From the NCBI GenBank assembly GCA_051362555.1, contig CM120644.1:256954-320953 (forward strand): a stretch of DNA of 64,000 bases, read 5' to 3'. A program made the translations under genes and the position numbers. The stretch comes from Lingula anatina. Taxonomy: Eukaryota; Animalia; Brachiopoda. Positions 51,863 to 64,000 of this stretch are shown here, one piece after another. Under the pieces are notes generated by a model that saw only the letters and a program-made list of their open reading frames with translations, had not been told where the DNA came from and searched no databases. How positions within the stretch are numbered: position 1 is the first letter of the stretch; the number at the start of each line of letters is the position of its first letter.

Positions 51863-53355
51863 CCCCATAGCGCCGGGAACCGCACATATGCGGTTCATTT
51901 TAAAAAGTCCTCAGTGCCGGGAACCGCATATACGCGGTTTCTGTGTTTACATGCTTGTACTGTCCTCTGTCATTTGTAACAATTCATGCTTCTATCACAA
52001 GAATAACTCAATGTTAGTTTTTTGTTTACTACCGGCTTTTAAAAGACGTGTAGCAAGAATTAGATAATGAAAAAGCGATTTATTTCAACCATTGTCGAGG
52101 CGCTAAGAAGTCAAAATGGCGACGAGAAGTCCGCAGAAATTATGGTTTGAGAAATGTTCTAGTCTTGATAGAAATTCAGACTTCGGGAAAGTGTCCTTGA
52201 TAGATTTTGATACTCCGATAACTTCAAAGATTATGTACCTTTGGCTAGTATGAGTTGTCAGAGAGCAGATTCGGACGTGGGGCTTGATTTATGAAAAACG
52301 CTGATGATAATAACGGCAGTAACCAAGCAGACGACAATAGTAATTGGAAGGGCTATATTGCTGATAAAATGACTGTAAACGTTCCGTGGCAAGTCAGGCT
52401 AAATGTTGCCTTGTGTGCTGTATCAACATGTCTTTTCCTGCTTGTGCATAAATACAAATGTAATATGTTACGTTGTACTGCATCAACATGTCTTTTCCTG
52501 CTTATGTATAAGTACAAATGACATATGTTTACTTGTGTGCTGCATCTACGTATGGCTTTTCCTGCTTGAGTATAAATACAGATGTAATATGTTTACTAGT
52601 GCGCTGTATCAACATGTCTTTTCCTGCTTGTGTATTAGTACAAATTCCACGTTTGCTTGTATTTTTATGATGCAATTTTTATTCACGAAAGTGTAATATT
52701 TGCTCATGATATTGTTTGTATTCTTGTATACATGTATGATTTGAGTGCAAAACAAAATTTTATGAGTATCCTGGTTCAGTTGATTAAAAAACTATAGAAG
52801 AACTATTAAAAAAGGCACTTAATTTACAATCTATTTGTAATTATAAACGTAATTAGGTGGAAGTCTTCCAGTCAGCTAGCCCGCCAGTATATTGTGCAAC
52901 TAGCTGACGTGATGAAGGTTTTTAGGTACAGCACGCATCCCAGGAAATTCATTATAACTCAAAAACTAAATAAGATATCTTTCTGAAATTTTCTGACATT
53001 ATTTAAAATATATTTCGAATGTTTCTGAGTAAATTTCAACAAATTGTTTGGTAAAGTGAAAAAGAATGTGTATGCTGAAATTAAAGTTTTGTTTTTTACT
53101 TCTCTTCGAGAAAAGCAAGTCTCATATTTAAACTCCTGCTATTTCTACCTAAGTTAACAAATATGAATAAAACTGTTATGACTTTAAAGCTTACATTGTT
53201 GGCTTTCTAAAAATGTACAGTTCTTAGGTGTTTTCTAGACAAGTGTATACATTATTATTGCTTAAATGAGGCCGCCTGTAAAATTGAGTGCGTCCGTGTA
53301 GAGGGCTCAGGACCAAGGGCACTTTCTAGGTCAGATGCTGTCAGGCGCTATGGGG
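51863..53355. mobile_element. Non-autonomous piggyBac-like element (~1.5 kb)
   Basis: TIR ccccatagcgcc / ggcgctatgggg; TTAA at 51859-51862 and 53356-53359; duplicated subterminal gccgggaaccgca.ata.gcggtt; decayed acidic coding-like stretch at ~52150-52400; internal ~60-bp repeats at 52405-52640. Confidence 0.8.
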
Positions 53356-53421
53356 TTAATTATTAATTGTTTGTTGAACGAGGCATTTTATTTCTAAAAA
53401 GTGCACTGAATTATTCATAAG

Positions 53422-53694
53422 CGAGTTGAGCCATAGATCTACAAAGCCACGACCTAAATATGGAGGACGTACATGAATGAAAAACCGCCTAAATTTAAAT
53501 AGTATCTCCTCCTCTCACACGCCTCCCCATGTGTCGTCCCAACGGAGCCTAGATTTAGTGACTGTATCCCCGCAGGGACGACGCATGGAAAGGTGCGTGA
53601 GAGGAGGAGCTACTATTAAAAGATTAGGCAGTTTTCCTTTCATGTACGTCCGCCATATTTAGGTCGTGGCTTTGTAGAGCCACGGCTCAACTCG
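53422..53694. mobile_element. Fold-back element / MITE with ~120-bp inverted arms
   Basis: cgagttgagcc..ctacaaagccacgacctaaatatgg.ggacgtacatgaa... and its reverse complement ending ...ggctcaactcg; ~35-nt loop. Confidence 0.75.
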
Positions 53695-55245
53695 ATGTGA
53701 ATGCGGCTTAAATAAGTCTAAATATAAAAACACTATTAGCCAATAGTATTTTAAATTGATAGAGTAGGCCTAATTCATTAAAAAAAAAACATTTTGATCG
53801 GTGCAACGAAGTTCCGTGTTATTTGTCGTGTGTCCCTGATGTCACGCTCACATTGTTAGACATTATTACGGGATTTTCCAGATTACAGTTGTGCACGAGT
53901 TTGATATTACACGCCTTGTGTACGGAGGGATTTTGGATTGATTCTACTTTGAGTGTCGATTACATTGAGCCAGAAGAGAGTGGAGAGAGTCGCAAAAAGG
54001 TTTGAAGGTATAAAAGATAAGAGTTTTGGTTTTAAGGGGTATTCAATACGTTATAAAGACCTACATTTTAAATACCCCGCCCCCTGTTTCTGTTGTATAA
54101 AGTACTTATCCTAATATTAAAACAATAAAGATAACAAAAAAATTATAAGGTAGTGACTTCATTTTCATTTTTAGAGCATCAGACTCAATAATTACAATAC
54201 AAAGTATGATCTATAAAAATCCGAATTGAATGCATATTTAACTGCCATAAATCACTTTGAATTCTTAAACAAAATGCAAAAGGAAAGGTACAATAAAAGC
54301 CCTGTCACGCGTGACTCCATCTTTCGTTCTTCTTATATCATTTCTTATTCATTGATTTGTTAATTTGTTTGTGAGATCAATTATACAAAGAAATTCCATT
54401 TCTCTTAAAACAGCATGAGTATGTTTCTAAAATTAAATACAATAAAAACAGAAAGTTGGGATATCAGTTTTATTGATAAAGAAGAACAAATATAATCACA
54501 TATCAAAATATAGCTATGATGTAATCATTTCAAAAAGTTGATTTCAGATTCCACTATGATAGCCACACCACTGATACGAACGTGGTGACGATAGATGGCA
54601 TAAAAAATTCAAAATTCAAAATCTGGATGATGCTAATCATTAGTTCTAAAAGTATGAATTCCTAAATAAATGATGCATTAATAATTTACTTGTACGCTTC
54701 AAATCAATCTTTTGTTACCGTTACCCTTTTCAGTATCAGATCACCACTATGAAATCCACGCCGACTGTCTCAGACGAGAGAGGATTTAAAAGACAAGATT
54801 TGGACGTGGTTGATTCCAAACTTTAAAAGGCTAAAAATGTTTGTATTCCTAAATAAAGGACACCTATTAAGAATCTGTCTGTCTACAATCTGTCACTTTT
54901 TAAAGTAACTTAAAAGTAGTAATATTTTGTACGATTCTACTTGACTTATAGTCTTTGCCCGACTCACGTATCTTCCGAAATCTTAGAATCAAACTAAATT
55001 TGTTTGGAATTAGGCAAACATATACAGTTTCTAGCAGTGAAAGAACTGGGATATGGTATCACAGTTTTACATCTATAAAAATATACACATCTAATATTCA
55101 AGTCCAATATGTGATATTCATATACAGGTATATTATATGCAGATCAAGTATGTAAACATTATCTTCAATACATGCGGCGGTTTTCATATTGAAGGCTGGG
55201 CGTCTATTTTGATCACAGACCAGGAATAAATAACATCATACGCTG

Positions 55246-57106
55246 TTATTTATACTTGTATGTATTGATCCATCCGCCCATTTCAGCTACCACGAGGTGC
55301 CCTTCCTGGTTGATACTCACTGCATGGAGTACCCACACTCCATCCTTGTCTGTCAACACATATCGCATGAACTGGCCAGCAGGAGACACCTGGTGGATGT
55401 TGTGAGCATGGGGGTCGCAGATAAATATGGTTTCATCTTCATCCACACAGACACCGTGTGAACTCTTCATAACGCCCTCCCCACCGTACGTGTACCGTAG
55501 CTGACCCTCAGGTGTGTAGACACGTATACAGCAGTCATTGGGATCTGATACTATGACGTCACCACTGCGTGTGGTTGTTATGTACTTGGCATATCGTACT
55601 GGTTTCGATGAGGTGTCAGTGAATACCCTGATCTGTGTACCGTCAGTACGATATACCATAACCTTATCTGCTTTACCCGCGCTATTATCCATCACGACCA
55701 GATGACCTTCGTGGTTCACTGTAATACGACCAGCTGTACTGCACTTGAACGATGATTTCACAACACCCTCTTTAATATATATCCTCACTTCCCGTGTACT
55801 GCCGTCATATACAGTAGCTGCTAGTGTACCATCACGTAGTACTGTCAGTCCATTCAGTTCCGTAACCCTGATCTCCTTCTTGATGTCCCATGTGGAGGAA
55901 CAGAAGATGATACGACACTTGGTTTCATCAGCCTTACAGAACATCCCCATCACGGCGTCACCACAAGGCATTCTGTCCACAGCTATGGGCCATTCTTTCA
56001 GGTCCTTAGAATACTGCAGTTGGTGTTGTGTGATCAATGTCGGCGTGATCTCTCCTATAACCACCGCACCCATTGCCTGCTGTATGGCTGTTTCTGAAGG
56101 TTTGTTGAGAGTTATATCCTTGATTTCATCAGTAATCCCGTTCAGTTTACATTTCAAGTCCTCTGCCGCTGTTATTGCATCTTTCCAAGCGTCTGTGTGT
56201 CCTTTGTGTGTGTCCACCATACATCGCTCACAGACAAGGGCGTCACATTGGGGACAGTAGGATTTAAGATAAAGGGATGGGTGTACCTGACATTTGTCTG
56301 TAAGGGCCGCTGTTAATTCCTGAAGTCTGTGATCTTTCAAAAGTCTTGTCCTCTTATGACAGCCGGCACACGTAGAACACATGAGCTCCTTGCAGTCCAA
56401 ACACACTAAGGTGGCAGGGGATTTCTTGTCTTCTGGACACACATCACACAAACCTAGAATTTAAATACACTATGACTTTGCTTTATGCTTACAAATGTTA
56501 TATGTTATCAATGTGCAAAACAGATGCATTAATTTGCTATACTTTGGTATGATTAAAAGAATGATGATAGCATTTTTCGTTGTCTTGACACTGTGATACG
56601 CTTTTATATGCTGAATAAAACAAGTAATCTTTTATTTGATTATGAAGAAAACAGACGAGGGTGATATTTCACTGCCAAGAAGGCAAATGTTTTACCACTC
56701 AGCGAGGAATGACCGAACCTACAGTATTCACATCAGTTATGAACGGTTAAACACTGAAAAAAACTGTACCATTACAATACAATCGATATCAGGTCATATA
56801 TTTACCTGCTCCATGAGAACTGGTACTTTGTCTTAAAACATTGGCCATGTAGTCTTGTCCATATTCTTTTAAAAGTTTGAGGAAACAATCAAATGCTTCC
56901 TGATGTGAAGAGTTCATCACAGCATCTAGCAAATGTTTTATGGCGTCTTTTGTCGCTGGTTTACTTTCCACAATCTGACGATCTCGCAGCTCAATGACGC
57001 CATCTTGGTACAGGTGATCAACAAGCCCTGTACTCCTCGGGTCTGTCAGGTTGTTGACCAGGTAGACATACTGCTGTCTAATCCTCTTCTTTTGATCTTC
57101 ATTCAT
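55246..57106 (-). CDS. CARD/death-fold + tandem B-box + NHL-repeat (TRIM-NHL-like) protein, 2 coding exons
   Basis: Exon 57106-56806 (MNEDQKKRIRQQYVYLVNNL..LVDHLYQDGVI..FDCFLKLLKEYGQ, CARD-like) splices phase 1 to exon 56453-55246 (CDVC..CLDC..CSTC..H..H B-box1; CQVH..CPQC..CERC..H..H B-box2; C-terminal NHL beta-propeller repeats). Confidence 0.85.
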
Positions 57107-57581
57107 GATGACTCTGAAATACATATCGGAAACTTGTAGAGCATACACGTTACGTTATACCCACACAGAACTTTATAGTCTGATATAACAAATGTCACCC
57201 CATTTTTATAAGGCGTTGCTACTATTCTTAATTTTTAACCTCTGGATCACAATCACTTGCCCTGTTAGTGTCACAAGATCCTTGTGCTTCTAATATGTGA
57301 TGCTCTTCTTCATTCAAGTCACTCTCATTAGTTTAAATGGGCAGGCAAATCGATAAATGTGCCACATAGTTATTGAAATGTTAGAAGAAACTTGTCTAAA
57401 ATTAATTATCTTAAATCATCATTATCACCATACGGTAGGCAATAGATGTGCATAATATTTGGCAAAACGCGATTTCGGCTGCTTTCCTCCCCTCATTTTT
57501 TTCTGTTCTATGCATTCAGTTTAACATTCAGCTGTCTTATACGATGCTTACGTTTAATTTATTCACTGCGAGCTTTCCTTT

Positions 57582-57582
<1 letters not shown>

Positions 57583-57617
<35 letters not shown>

Positions 57618-57668
57618 ACTGGAGACTGAAGATACTACTACTACTACTACTACACTGGAGACTGAAGA

Positions 57669-57701
<33 letters not shown>

Positions 57702-57761
57702 ACTGGAGACTGAGGATACTACTACTACTACTACTACTACTACTACACTGGAGACTGAGGA

Positions 57762-57800
<39 letters not shown>

Positions 57801-57860
57801 ACTGGAGACTGAGGATACTACTACTACTACTACTACTACTACTACACTGGAGACTGAGGA

Positions 57861-57899
<39 letters not shown>

Positions 57900-57914
57900 A
57901 CTGGAGACTGAAGA

Positions 57915-57953
<39 letters not shown>

Positions 57954-57968
57954 ACTGGAGACTGAGGA

Positions 57969-58005
<37 letters not shown>

Positions 58006-58025
58006 GCTACACTGGAGACTGAGGA

Positions 58026-58073
<48 letters not shown>

Positions 58074-58088
58074 ACTGGAGACTGAGGA

Positions 58089-58127
<39 letters not shown>

Positions 58128-58187
58128 ACTGGAGACTGAGGATACTACTACTACTACTACTACTACTACTACACTGGAGACTGAAGA

Positions 58188-58235
<48 letters not shown>

Positions 58236-58250
58236 ACTGGAGACTGAAGA

Positions 58251-58283
<33 letters not shown>

Positions 58284-58298
58284 ACTGGAGACTGAAGA

Positions 58299-58334
<36 letters not shown>

Positions 58335-58472
58335 ACTGGAGACTGAAGATACTACTACTACTACTACTACTACTACACTGGAGACTGAGGATACTACTAC
58401 TACTACTACTACACTGGAGACTGAGGATACTACTACTACTACTACTACTACTACTACACTGGAGACTGAGGA

Positions 58473-58511
<39 letters not shown>

Positions 58512-58526
58512 ACTGGAGACTGAGGA

Positions 58527-58571
<45 letters not shown>

Positions 58572-58667
58572 ACTGGAGACTGAAGATACTACTGCCACTA
58601 CTACTACTACTACTACACTGGAGACTGAAGATACTACTACTACTACTACTACACTGGAGATTGAAGA

Positions 58668-58717
<50 letters not shown>

Positions 58718-58718
58718 T
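57583..58718. repeat. Compound satellite: (ACT)n tracts punctuated by acactggagactga(a/g)gat
   Basis: Roughly two dozen constant 18-bp spacers separated by variable-length ACT runs. Confidence 0.93.
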
Positions 58719-58889
58719 CAGGGCTACCAAACCAGATCAAACCAGTATACCCATTGCATTATTCCATATGACCCCAGTGCAAGGTCTCAAAACGTTAAAT
58801 TTCAAATTTACATAATATACATACAGCACTGTTCTAAAAGGTTGTCCTAACCCCTTTTCCAAGTAATGTAGGCGATGTAGGCGAGCAGA

Positions 58890-59052
58890 CAGTGGTCAAC
58901 GGGAACAGACCCATGCATCCAAGTTAAGTACCGGAGAGGAAATTTAAGGAATTATTATAGAATGTATCTTTTGGGACCATGATCACCCATTTATGTTTCC
59001 AGCATGACAATGCCACTCCACGTACAACCAATGCAACTGTAGGCTGGTTATA
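58890..59052 (+). pseudogene. Tc1/mariner transposase remnant
   Basis: ~58997-59050 translates FQHDNATPRTTNATVGWL, resembling the FQQDNAPxH second-Asp motif of Tc1 DDE transposases; upstream sequence is frameshifted. Confidence 0.55.
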
Positions 59053-59089
59053 CCCTACATGCGAACTAGATCCAGACCCCCAATGACCA

Positions 59090-62000
59090 CCCTTACGAAA
59101 ATTTCCTATAAGATTTCCTACATGTATAGGATCCTATAGGATTTCCTATAAGATTTCCTATAGGATCCTATAGGAAATCCTAAAGGACCCTATAGGAAAT
59201 CTTATAGGATCCTATAGAAAATCCTATAGGAAATCTTACAGGAAATCCTATAGGATCCTATAGGAAATCTTATAGGATCCAATAGGAAATCTTATAGGAA
59301 CCTATAGAAATTCATATTAACTGCTTTGAATATTTTTACAGCTTTTTATATATTGTTGGACCTTTGGCAAAATTGGTTATAGGTACTGGTCCCTCAAAAC
59401 AAAAGAGAATATCATGTTTACATTCTTTATTCAATATGTATAAATGTATGTACATATTCCACAGTATGGTATGCAACCAGCGTACTAGAGAATTGTTTCA
59501 TAGATTTTTTTGCAAATTTAACGGTGCTGCTACTGCTTTTGAATTATAAGTTCTATAAGTTATCACAAGGATCCAATATGTCTTGTCAAGCTGTGGCGTC
59601 ACTGTCTTTTTCTTGTGTGCGTTCGAACTCCTGCCAGAATGAGTGGCTAAAACCTCCCTTGGCCAGACCGTGTCCATTGTCAGCATACTGCTTTAGTCAC
59701 TTAATAATTGAAGAATTTCAGACAAAAGTCTTTTGCACATTGTTCAACTATACTGTGATGGTCTTCCTAACCTCCATCTAAGTTGTGTTGAACCATTTGC
59801 AGACGCATTCTGAAAGAAAGACTTTGTGAATTTCAATTAATTGTACATGTCTACAAAAATGCAAAATGATGAACGAAAAATTTTCGAATGAGATCAATAA
59901 TAATCATTGCACCAATTCTATTTTGAGCAATTCATAGCCTTTATTAGTTAACTGAATTTTTTTCAAAGACAAGGTATTAAAGCTGGATAATTTGTAAAAA
60001 AATATAAAGAACATGAACATATTTCAGAGGACCAAGCCCACAGGAACAATCAGAAACTAATTTTAAAATGTAGAAATCTGGTTAAGTATGCAATTGAGCC
60101 ATTACAGAGCTGCCAGGGCCAAAAAAGTCCCAAAAACTCATAGAAAACTAATTTCCGTGGGTAAACAGTAATTCCCTATTCTCACTAGTCTTTGCTTGGC
60201 CTAAATCATCAGTCCAAACCACAAAAAAGCAACCCCCAAGTTAAAATTTATAGCTTTTGTGTAAGCAAAATGGTCAGATTTTCACAATGCACATTTCATT
60301 TCCATTATGTATAGGTTAGCAAAAAATATTTTTAAACAAACTATGGTGTTTACCTCACATTAAGGGTTGAAAAGAAATTAAAGGGAAAGAAAACTTGGCA
60401 AATAAACGATCCTGAAGAACATGTGAGGTAATGAAATTTGCCCTGACAGCCCCTCTAACATGTTAATTGTATGTTATCTATTATCATGGGTCTTTCTCAG
60501 TTATATATCATGATGGTCCCTTGGAGGCAGTTGTGGATAACATTAAATAGATAATTTTTAATAAATCACAAACCAAAAGTTAAATGAAATGTAAATTGTT
60601 TTTTTTAGATTCAACTGCATTTAAAGAAATATTTTGATGAGCAACTGATCACAGTTTTACAAGAAATAAAGAGACTAAACAGTGATTGCATTATGTATCC
60701 TTGTTTCTTTGTTGGCTAAAAAGGAAACTATACATTATAAATTATAACTTGTTTAATGTAATATAGATATGATGTTTACAAGGTACACTACAAATTAGAT
60801 CAATTACCTCATTTTCAATTTGATTAGATGCCCAAATGATCCAATGCATTACTGTAATACATACCATCCTCAATCCGATTTTTCTACACTTTGTACCCTT
60901 CCACTATGCTCCTGAATTTAAAATGTCTTGATCGCTGTATACTCATTTGCTGCTTGTCTCTTATAAACAAAGACTTAGACAGGATACCACACATCTGATA
61001 ACACCTAATAGGCGGTTACTGTTACTAGTGTAACAAGAGCTACAACAGTAATGACCTAATAATAGGTGCCAGGATAAAAGAAATTCACAGTTGTTGAATC
61101 TGTGGTTATGGCTGGTGGAGTAGGGCATTCTCTAGCTAACATCAGTTGACTGTTAAACCTTACAAGTGATTGAGCATGGTTTATAATAAAATGTATCTTT
61201 ATAAACATATTAATTTGTCCTCATTTCCCATCCTTTATGAGGGACAGTACTATACCCTTAATGTTCACTTACTTTTACATCATATTTTATATATTAGGCA
61301 GGATTGCACTTTCACGTTTTAAAACAGCCAAGGTCAAGTAAAATCTGATTAGATAAGGTTGACATTCAATATAATAGAAGAAATATGAAGTAAGTGAATA
61401 TGATCACACAAAAAGTAAAAATATATTATATACTGATATTAAGACCAGTTTTATTGTTTTTCATTTAAACCGGCTTTATAAAAATTCACTATATGAATTA
61501 GCATAGGATTTCCCATAGGTTCCTATAGAAATTCCTATAAGATTTCCTATAGGATCCTATAGGAATTTTTGTAATGGTCTGAAAATATATCAAAAATTAA
61601 AATTACATACTGATATTTAGACCAGATTCATTATTTTTCATATAATTTGGCCTTATAAAAATTCCCTGTATGAATTAGCATAGGATTTCCTATACGTTCC
61701 TATAGAAATTCCATAAGATTTCCTATAGGATTCTATAGGAATTTTTGTAATGGTCTGAACATAAATGAAAAAAAAAATCAGCTTGAATGATTTGATACAA
61801 AAACATGCCTAATGATAAAATATTTCTCCATAAAAGATTTCTTTACAAATGATCAATTTTTTCAAGATTTCTTTAAAATAGAAATTAAAAAATTTCTATA
61901 GAATCCTATAGAAGACTATAAGAATGTGCATTTTAAACAATAAAAAGCAATTTTGCTTTAATAGTGATATTTAATGGACAATTCAAAGTTAAAAATTGAC

Positions 62001-62169
62001 CTATATCAAATATCTGTTGTTTAGAATGATATTTGTTTATAAGATATGCATTTTTCTCAAGATTTTAACTTACAACAATTTTCTATAGGATCCTATAGGA
62101 AATCCTATAGGAAATGTGCCCTATAGGATCCTATAAGATTTCCTATAGGATCGTATAGGATCCTATAGG
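59090..62169. mobile_element. Degenerate DNA transposon with arrays of palindromic CCTATAGG subterminal repeats, cut by the Gypsy insertion
   Basis: cctataggatcctataggaaat-type clusters at 59100-59310, 61500-61570, 61680-61745 and 62080-62169; cccttacgaaaatttccta at the left end is mirrored by taggaatttttgtaatgg at 61560 and 61736. Confidence 0.55.
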
Positions 62170-64000
62170 TGTTGCATATTGTAATGTAATTAACATAATT
62201 AACATATCTCCCGCAATGCATTGTTCCTTTATGAGTTAGCCAACATGCCCACATGTGGCTGGATGTTATGTAATAAATGAGTTATTAAAAAAATGTTAAC
62301 TTGAGTTACATAACAACAGAAAACTACGACATGGTGTCAGAATCGGGATCTACATTGGATGTAGCATAATTTGGAGCTTGGATGACCCACAATTTACAGG
62401 ATAAAAACGGATTTTGAATCACTCAAAAAAAAAAATGGAGCACATGTATGGGATACAGCCGCGTCACATGGACTGGGAATCCATGGACTTACCGCGTACG
62501 TTCAAACTTTTCAAGGAAAAGTGTGAATTGATATTTGAAGGACCTTTAGATGCTGTGTCAGAGGAAAGACAAGTGAAATTTCTTCTCTTGTGGATCGGAG
62601 AAAAAGGCCGCGAAATTGTGAAAACTTTTAACATTGATGATCCAGACGTGTTGACCTCGTATTGGCAAAAGTTGGAAGAATACACGAAGCCCAAGAGTAA
62701 CTTTCGAATTCAGAGATTTAAACTTAGAGCATGCAGACAAGAAGCAGGTGAGAGCATTGATTCTTTTGTCAGACGAATCAGACTCGTGGCAAATGAATGC
62801 AAATATACCGATGTTGAACAACACATAATTGACACTCTTATTTTTGGCACTAACTCGGAGCGAATTCAGGCAAAATTATTACAAAAAGAGGAAAATTTAA
62901 CACTAGATCAGGCTCTTGTCATTGCACGAACAGAGGAAGCAACTAAGAAACAGATTGAGGATCTTCACAGTACATCAGCTAAGGAAATTCATGCACTACG
63001 GCCAAGTGGAAACAGTCAAAGAGGGAGACAGCGTTACAGACAGCCACAACATCGTACTCCTCGCCAGCAAACTCAGTCAAAGGCACCAAGCAAACAACGC
63101 TCACGACAGCCACTGCAAGAATGTGGTAAGTGTGGAACTGAACATGGTTTTCAACAGTGCCCAGCTAAAGGCACAATTTGTCTCAAATGTGGCAAGCCAG
63201 ATCACTGGAAAAGGGTATGTAGAACAAAAACAGTAACTGCATCGACCCATAGTAAAACTGTGCATTCAGTAGCAAATGAAAGTGACAGTAGCAGTGTATA
63301 CTTTGACTCTATATATGTAGACAGTATTCAGTCAAAACAGTCCCCCGTTAAGCCATTTGCTGACATTGAAGTTAAAGTTGGGAACTCTGCTTCAACATTA
63401 CATTGCAAAATAGACACTGGCGCTGAGGGAAATGTGATACCACTGTCTTCTTTCAAGAAACTTGCAATTAAGCAACCACTAAAGCCTACAAATGACACGA
63501 TTACTGGATATGGTGGCAGTAAATTACCAGTATGTGGGATAGCAACATTGACATTCACAAATGACAAGGTCATGGTGACCTCAGACAGCTATATTGTGGA
63601 CTGTGAAGGACCAGTTATACTAGGAATGGAAACCAGTCAGAAACTGGGACTTGTTTCTCTGAACATAAATACAGTGACAAGACAGTCCATACTATCAGAG
63701 TATAAGGATGTCTTTGAAGGTATCGGGAAATTGGATGGGGAATATCACATAAATATTGACCCAACTGTTTCTCCTGTTGTTCACCCACCACGGCGTGTAC
63801 CTATTGCATTGCAGCCAGCACTCAAGGAGGAGTTGGACTCTCTCGTTGAGCAAGGGATCCTATCACCCGTCACACAACCAACGAAATGGGTAAACTCATG
63901 TGTATGTGTAACCAAACCCAAAGGAAAAATACATCCCTGCCTGGATCCAAAGGACTTAAATACGGCAATTAGACGTCCACATCACTACACTCCAACACTG
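62170..64000 (+). mobile_element. Ty3/Gypsy LTR retrotransposon (Mag-like), 5' part
   Basis: Putative short LTR TG..CA at 62170-62331, followed directly by PBS TGGTGTCAGAA (62332; complementary to a tRNA-Leu 3' end), then a gag-pol ORF. Confidence 0.9.
62435..64000 (+). CDS. Gypsy gag-pol polyprotein (open at the window edge)
   Basis: ATG at 62435 with no stop seen to 64000. Gag (LLLWIGEKGREI, FKLRACRQEAGESIDSFVRR), zinc knuckles CGKCGTEH..C and CLKCGKPDHWKRVC, protease KIDTGAEGNV, RT start PPRRVPIAL..WVNSCVCV..CLDPKDLN. Confidence 0.9.
   Translation, partial: MEHMYGIQPRHMDWESMDLPRTFKLFKEKCELIFEGPLDAVSEERQVKFLLLWIGEKGREIVKTFNIDDPDVLTSYWQKLEEYTKPKSNFRIQRFKLRACRQEAGESIDSFVRRIRLVANECKYTDVEQHIIDTLIFGTNSERIQAKLLQKEENLTLDQALVIARTEEATKKQIEDLHSTSAKEIHALRPSGNSQRGRQRYRQPQHRTPRQQTQSKAPSKQRSRQPLQECGKCGTEHGFQQCPAKGTICLKCGKPDHWKRVCRTKTVTASTHSKTVHSVANESDSSSVYFDSIYVDSIQSKQSPVKPFADIEVKVGNSASTLHCKIDTGAEGNVIPLSSFKKLAIKQPLKPTNDTITGYGGSKLPVCGIATLTFTNDKVMVTSDSYIVDCEGPVILGMETSQKLGLVSLNINTVTRQSILSEYKDVFEGIGKLDGEYHINIDPTVSPVVHPPRRVPIALQPALKEELDSLVEQGILSPVTQPTKWVNSCVCVTKPKGKIHPCLDPKDLNTAIRRPHHYTPTL

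Noticed and set aside
57448-58815. Mucin gene (455-aa Thr-rich ORF)
   Set aside because: Thr codons are almost all ACT, several frames are open, and no convincing signal peptide or flanking exons were found; kept only as a repeat.

Overview
AT-rich, intron-containing animal genomic DNA, most likely a mollusc or other lophotrochozoan (inferred from an 8-Cys MGD-type defensin). Eight host genes can be reconstructed by reading splice sites: a two-exon CS-alpha-beta defensin, a secreted single-domain discoidin (F5/8C) protein, a 21-exon CFAP221/PCDP1 gene head-to-head with a 6-exon SEC22A gene, two tandem GT10 alpha-1,3-fucosyltransferases, an AMP-dependent acyl-CoA synthetase, and a CARD + B-box + NHL-repeat gene. 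There are also many non-autonomous DNA transposons and the 5' end of an apparently intact Gypsy LTR retrotransposon. The most striking signal is that most long ORF-track 'proteins' come from tandem repeats whose unit straddles a real exon-intron junction. About 14 splice donors or acceptors in four genes have been amplified 2 to ~40 times. The three largest arrays have units that are multiples of 3 and are stop-free in the host reading frame (apart from one phase break in SEC22A), while non-triplet arrays stay at 10 copies or fewer. All gene models and copy counts were read by eye and have no transcript support.
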